Assembly (NCBI RefSeq): GCF_004010195.1
Contig: NC_057719.1
Span: forward strand, 94,074,659 to 94,138,640
Source: Chiloscyllium plagiosum
Lineage: Eukaryota
Length of the DNA stretch: 63,982 nt
Reading direction: 5' to 3'
In this document: piece by piece, positions 62,085 through 63,982 of the stretch
Layout: every line of letters begins with the position of its first letter
Numbering within the stretch: position 1 is the first letter of the stretch
The notes under the pieces: generated by a model
What the model was told of the DNA's origin: nothing
What the model saw: the letters and a program-made list of their open reading frames with translations, nothing else
The model's database searches: none
Made by a program: the position numbers and the translations under genes

Positions 62085-63676
62085 TATATTGAATGGAGGA
62101 GCAAAATTGATGGACCGAAGGGACTACAGTAATTCTTATTTTATATGTCCCGATGTTTAAACATACTAAGTGTTATGAACACTGTGTGGGGAAAACTGTT
62201 TTGAGAAAAATTTCATCATGAACTGGAATGGAGAAAGCTCAATGTGTCGAAAGACCTCCTCCTTTCCCGATGTTTCTGTGCAGTCTGTGGGAAAGCTCTA
62301 TAACTGTTGTCACAAGCTCTCAGATGTTAGGGTGGAGATCTCTGCAGGATTAATGGACTGTGTTTCCCATTCACTTTTCGAATGCAGAGGCTGGTGCTGG
62401 GTGTTCTGTCCGGTTTTGTCCTTTAAGACCCGGAGCAGTTTGATAAAATTGAGGGTCTTGCTTGGCGAATTCAGAGACAATTGAAGAGTTTCTCAACGTC
62501 TGTGTGTCTGGAGTCACTTTTAGGCCGGACCAGGAAAGCACAGGAGATTCAGTTCTTGAAAGTACAGTGGGGAAGGAAATTGGTGTTTACAATCGACATT
62601 GGCTTCAAGGTCACTGTTACTGACGCCAGGTTTTATATCTCGATACTTTATTAATTATTATTAATTTCCACCAGCTGCCAGAGGATTATCCTGCTCTGGA
62701 TTTGTAATCCAGTGACAATTCCACAACAGCACCATTTCCTCATGGGGACCTGTCAGAAACCACACTGAGCTGGTTATTTCTATGCTACTGGACAGCTCTG
62801 TCAAAAAGAACTCCCACCAATGTGACTATCGCGACGGGACTGAGGGCGTGGTAAATGGTCAGAGTGTAGTGATTCCCTTGTTATAGGACTGAATATAGTT
62901 GAGGAATTTTCCACGTGGCCAGGCAGATGTCACAGTTAGAGCTGGAATGAAAAATCTTCTCCAAGGACACGGCTTGTTGTGCAGCACAAGTCTTCAGTCC
63001 TATTGCAGGAATGGGGTCAGGATTGCAGGATTGTGATTGAATGCAATTGTACTGTGGCTGCTGCTGTAATCTGCAGCATCACATGATAACCTAGTGTGAG
63101 CTGCAATATCTGCAAACCAATTCCACTGACTTTCCACCAGTTCACACCGAGACCCATTCACCCGTCAGCCCCTTACTCAGTGACCTAACCTGGTTTCTAA
63201 TGTGCGAACACTTCCAGTTTCATATTCTCATTCTGCTGAGGGAATCTCCCTGATGTCACGCCTCAAAAATGTTAAATTACTCCGATGATTTAACATATTA
63301 ATCTGAATCGTTTTCTTTCCCGTAATACCATTTTCTGTGTTTGAAGTGAATGTTTTTTTTCTTTGATTTTCTTCGTGACCATAATTAAGAGTTCTGTTGT
63401 GTCACTGATGCCAGCCTTATGTCGTTTCAGAGCCAATGAACTTGTGCACTTTGCGTTATTGTTCACTTCCCAATGTACAACGCTCTCTGCTGGACAGGGC
63501 GTTTGAGCAGATTTGACAAACTTCATTGGAACTTGTTCAAAAACAGAAATTGCTGAAGAAACTAAGCATGTCTGGCTGCATCTTGTGCAGTGAAAGCTGA
63601 GTTCATCTTTCAGGTGCAGTGACCCTTCCCTGTTTCTCCAGTAATTTTTTTATTTTTATTTCCAGTATCCACAATT

Positions 63677-63982
63677 CTGGCTGGAAGAAGACAGAGGGTA
63701 GTAGTTGATGGCAAAGGTTCATCTTGGAGTGCCGTCACTAGCGGTGTTCCGCAAGGATCTGTTTTGGGACCATTGTTGTTTGTCATTTTTATAAATGACC
63801 TGGAGGAGGGGTTAGAAGGTTGGGTGAGCAAGTTTGCGGATGATACGAAAGTCGGAGGAGTTGTAGACAGTGAGGAAGGATGTGGCAGGTTACAGCGGGA
63901 TATAGATAAGCTGCAGAACTGGGCAGAAAGGTGGCAAATGGAATTCAATGTAGCTAAGTGTGAGGTGATTCACGTTGGTAAG
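63677..63982 (+). mobile_element. Young CR1-clade LINE, 5'-truncated, RT frame open to the window end
   Basis: [59 protein letters not shown] has no stops and retains CpGs. Confidence 0.92.

Larger units (their letters stand above)
53660..63382 (-). pseudogene. Putative decayed multi-exon gene, copy B. Candidate exons are 63382-63329, 56848-56759 and the remnant 54500-53660.
   Basis: Paralog of copy A with the same exon lengths and splice dinucleotides. The 5' part of the terminal segment is replaced by a Penelope-like relic. Confidence 0.35.

Overview
This is repeat-rich vertebrate genomic DNA. It is almost certainly from a cartilaginous fish (shark), inferred from HE1-type SINEs, CR1-clade LINE relics, Penelope-like elements and Gmr1-type Gypsy elements. 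Only one convincing intact coding segment is present: a class A GPCR of the GPR139/GPR142-like type (40381-41316, +). Its ORF start looks intronic, with a splice acceptor at 40405, and no convincing first exon is visible. Most other ORFs in the track are TE fragments, antisense frames or products of tandem repeats. Beneath the TEs are four less obvious structures. (i) An old segmental duplication (~930-19415 vs ~53660-63440, with a third copy starting at ~63450) carries what looks like a decayed, spliced, minus-strand gene of unknown family. (ii) A fossil cluster of tRNA pseudogenes (Glu, Arg, Ser, iMet, Ile, perhaps Thr) lies at 43.2-48.8 kb. (iii) Several Penelope-derived minimal hammerhead motifs are present. 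(iv) Several insertion junctions are atypical, with inverted capture of local DNA or a 78-bp duplication. There is an assembly gap at 42009-42126. I see no CRISPR array and no demonstrably new biological system; the best leads are the unknown duplicated gene, the GPCR and the tRNA relic cluster. TE family names are from recognition by eye and boundaries are approximate.
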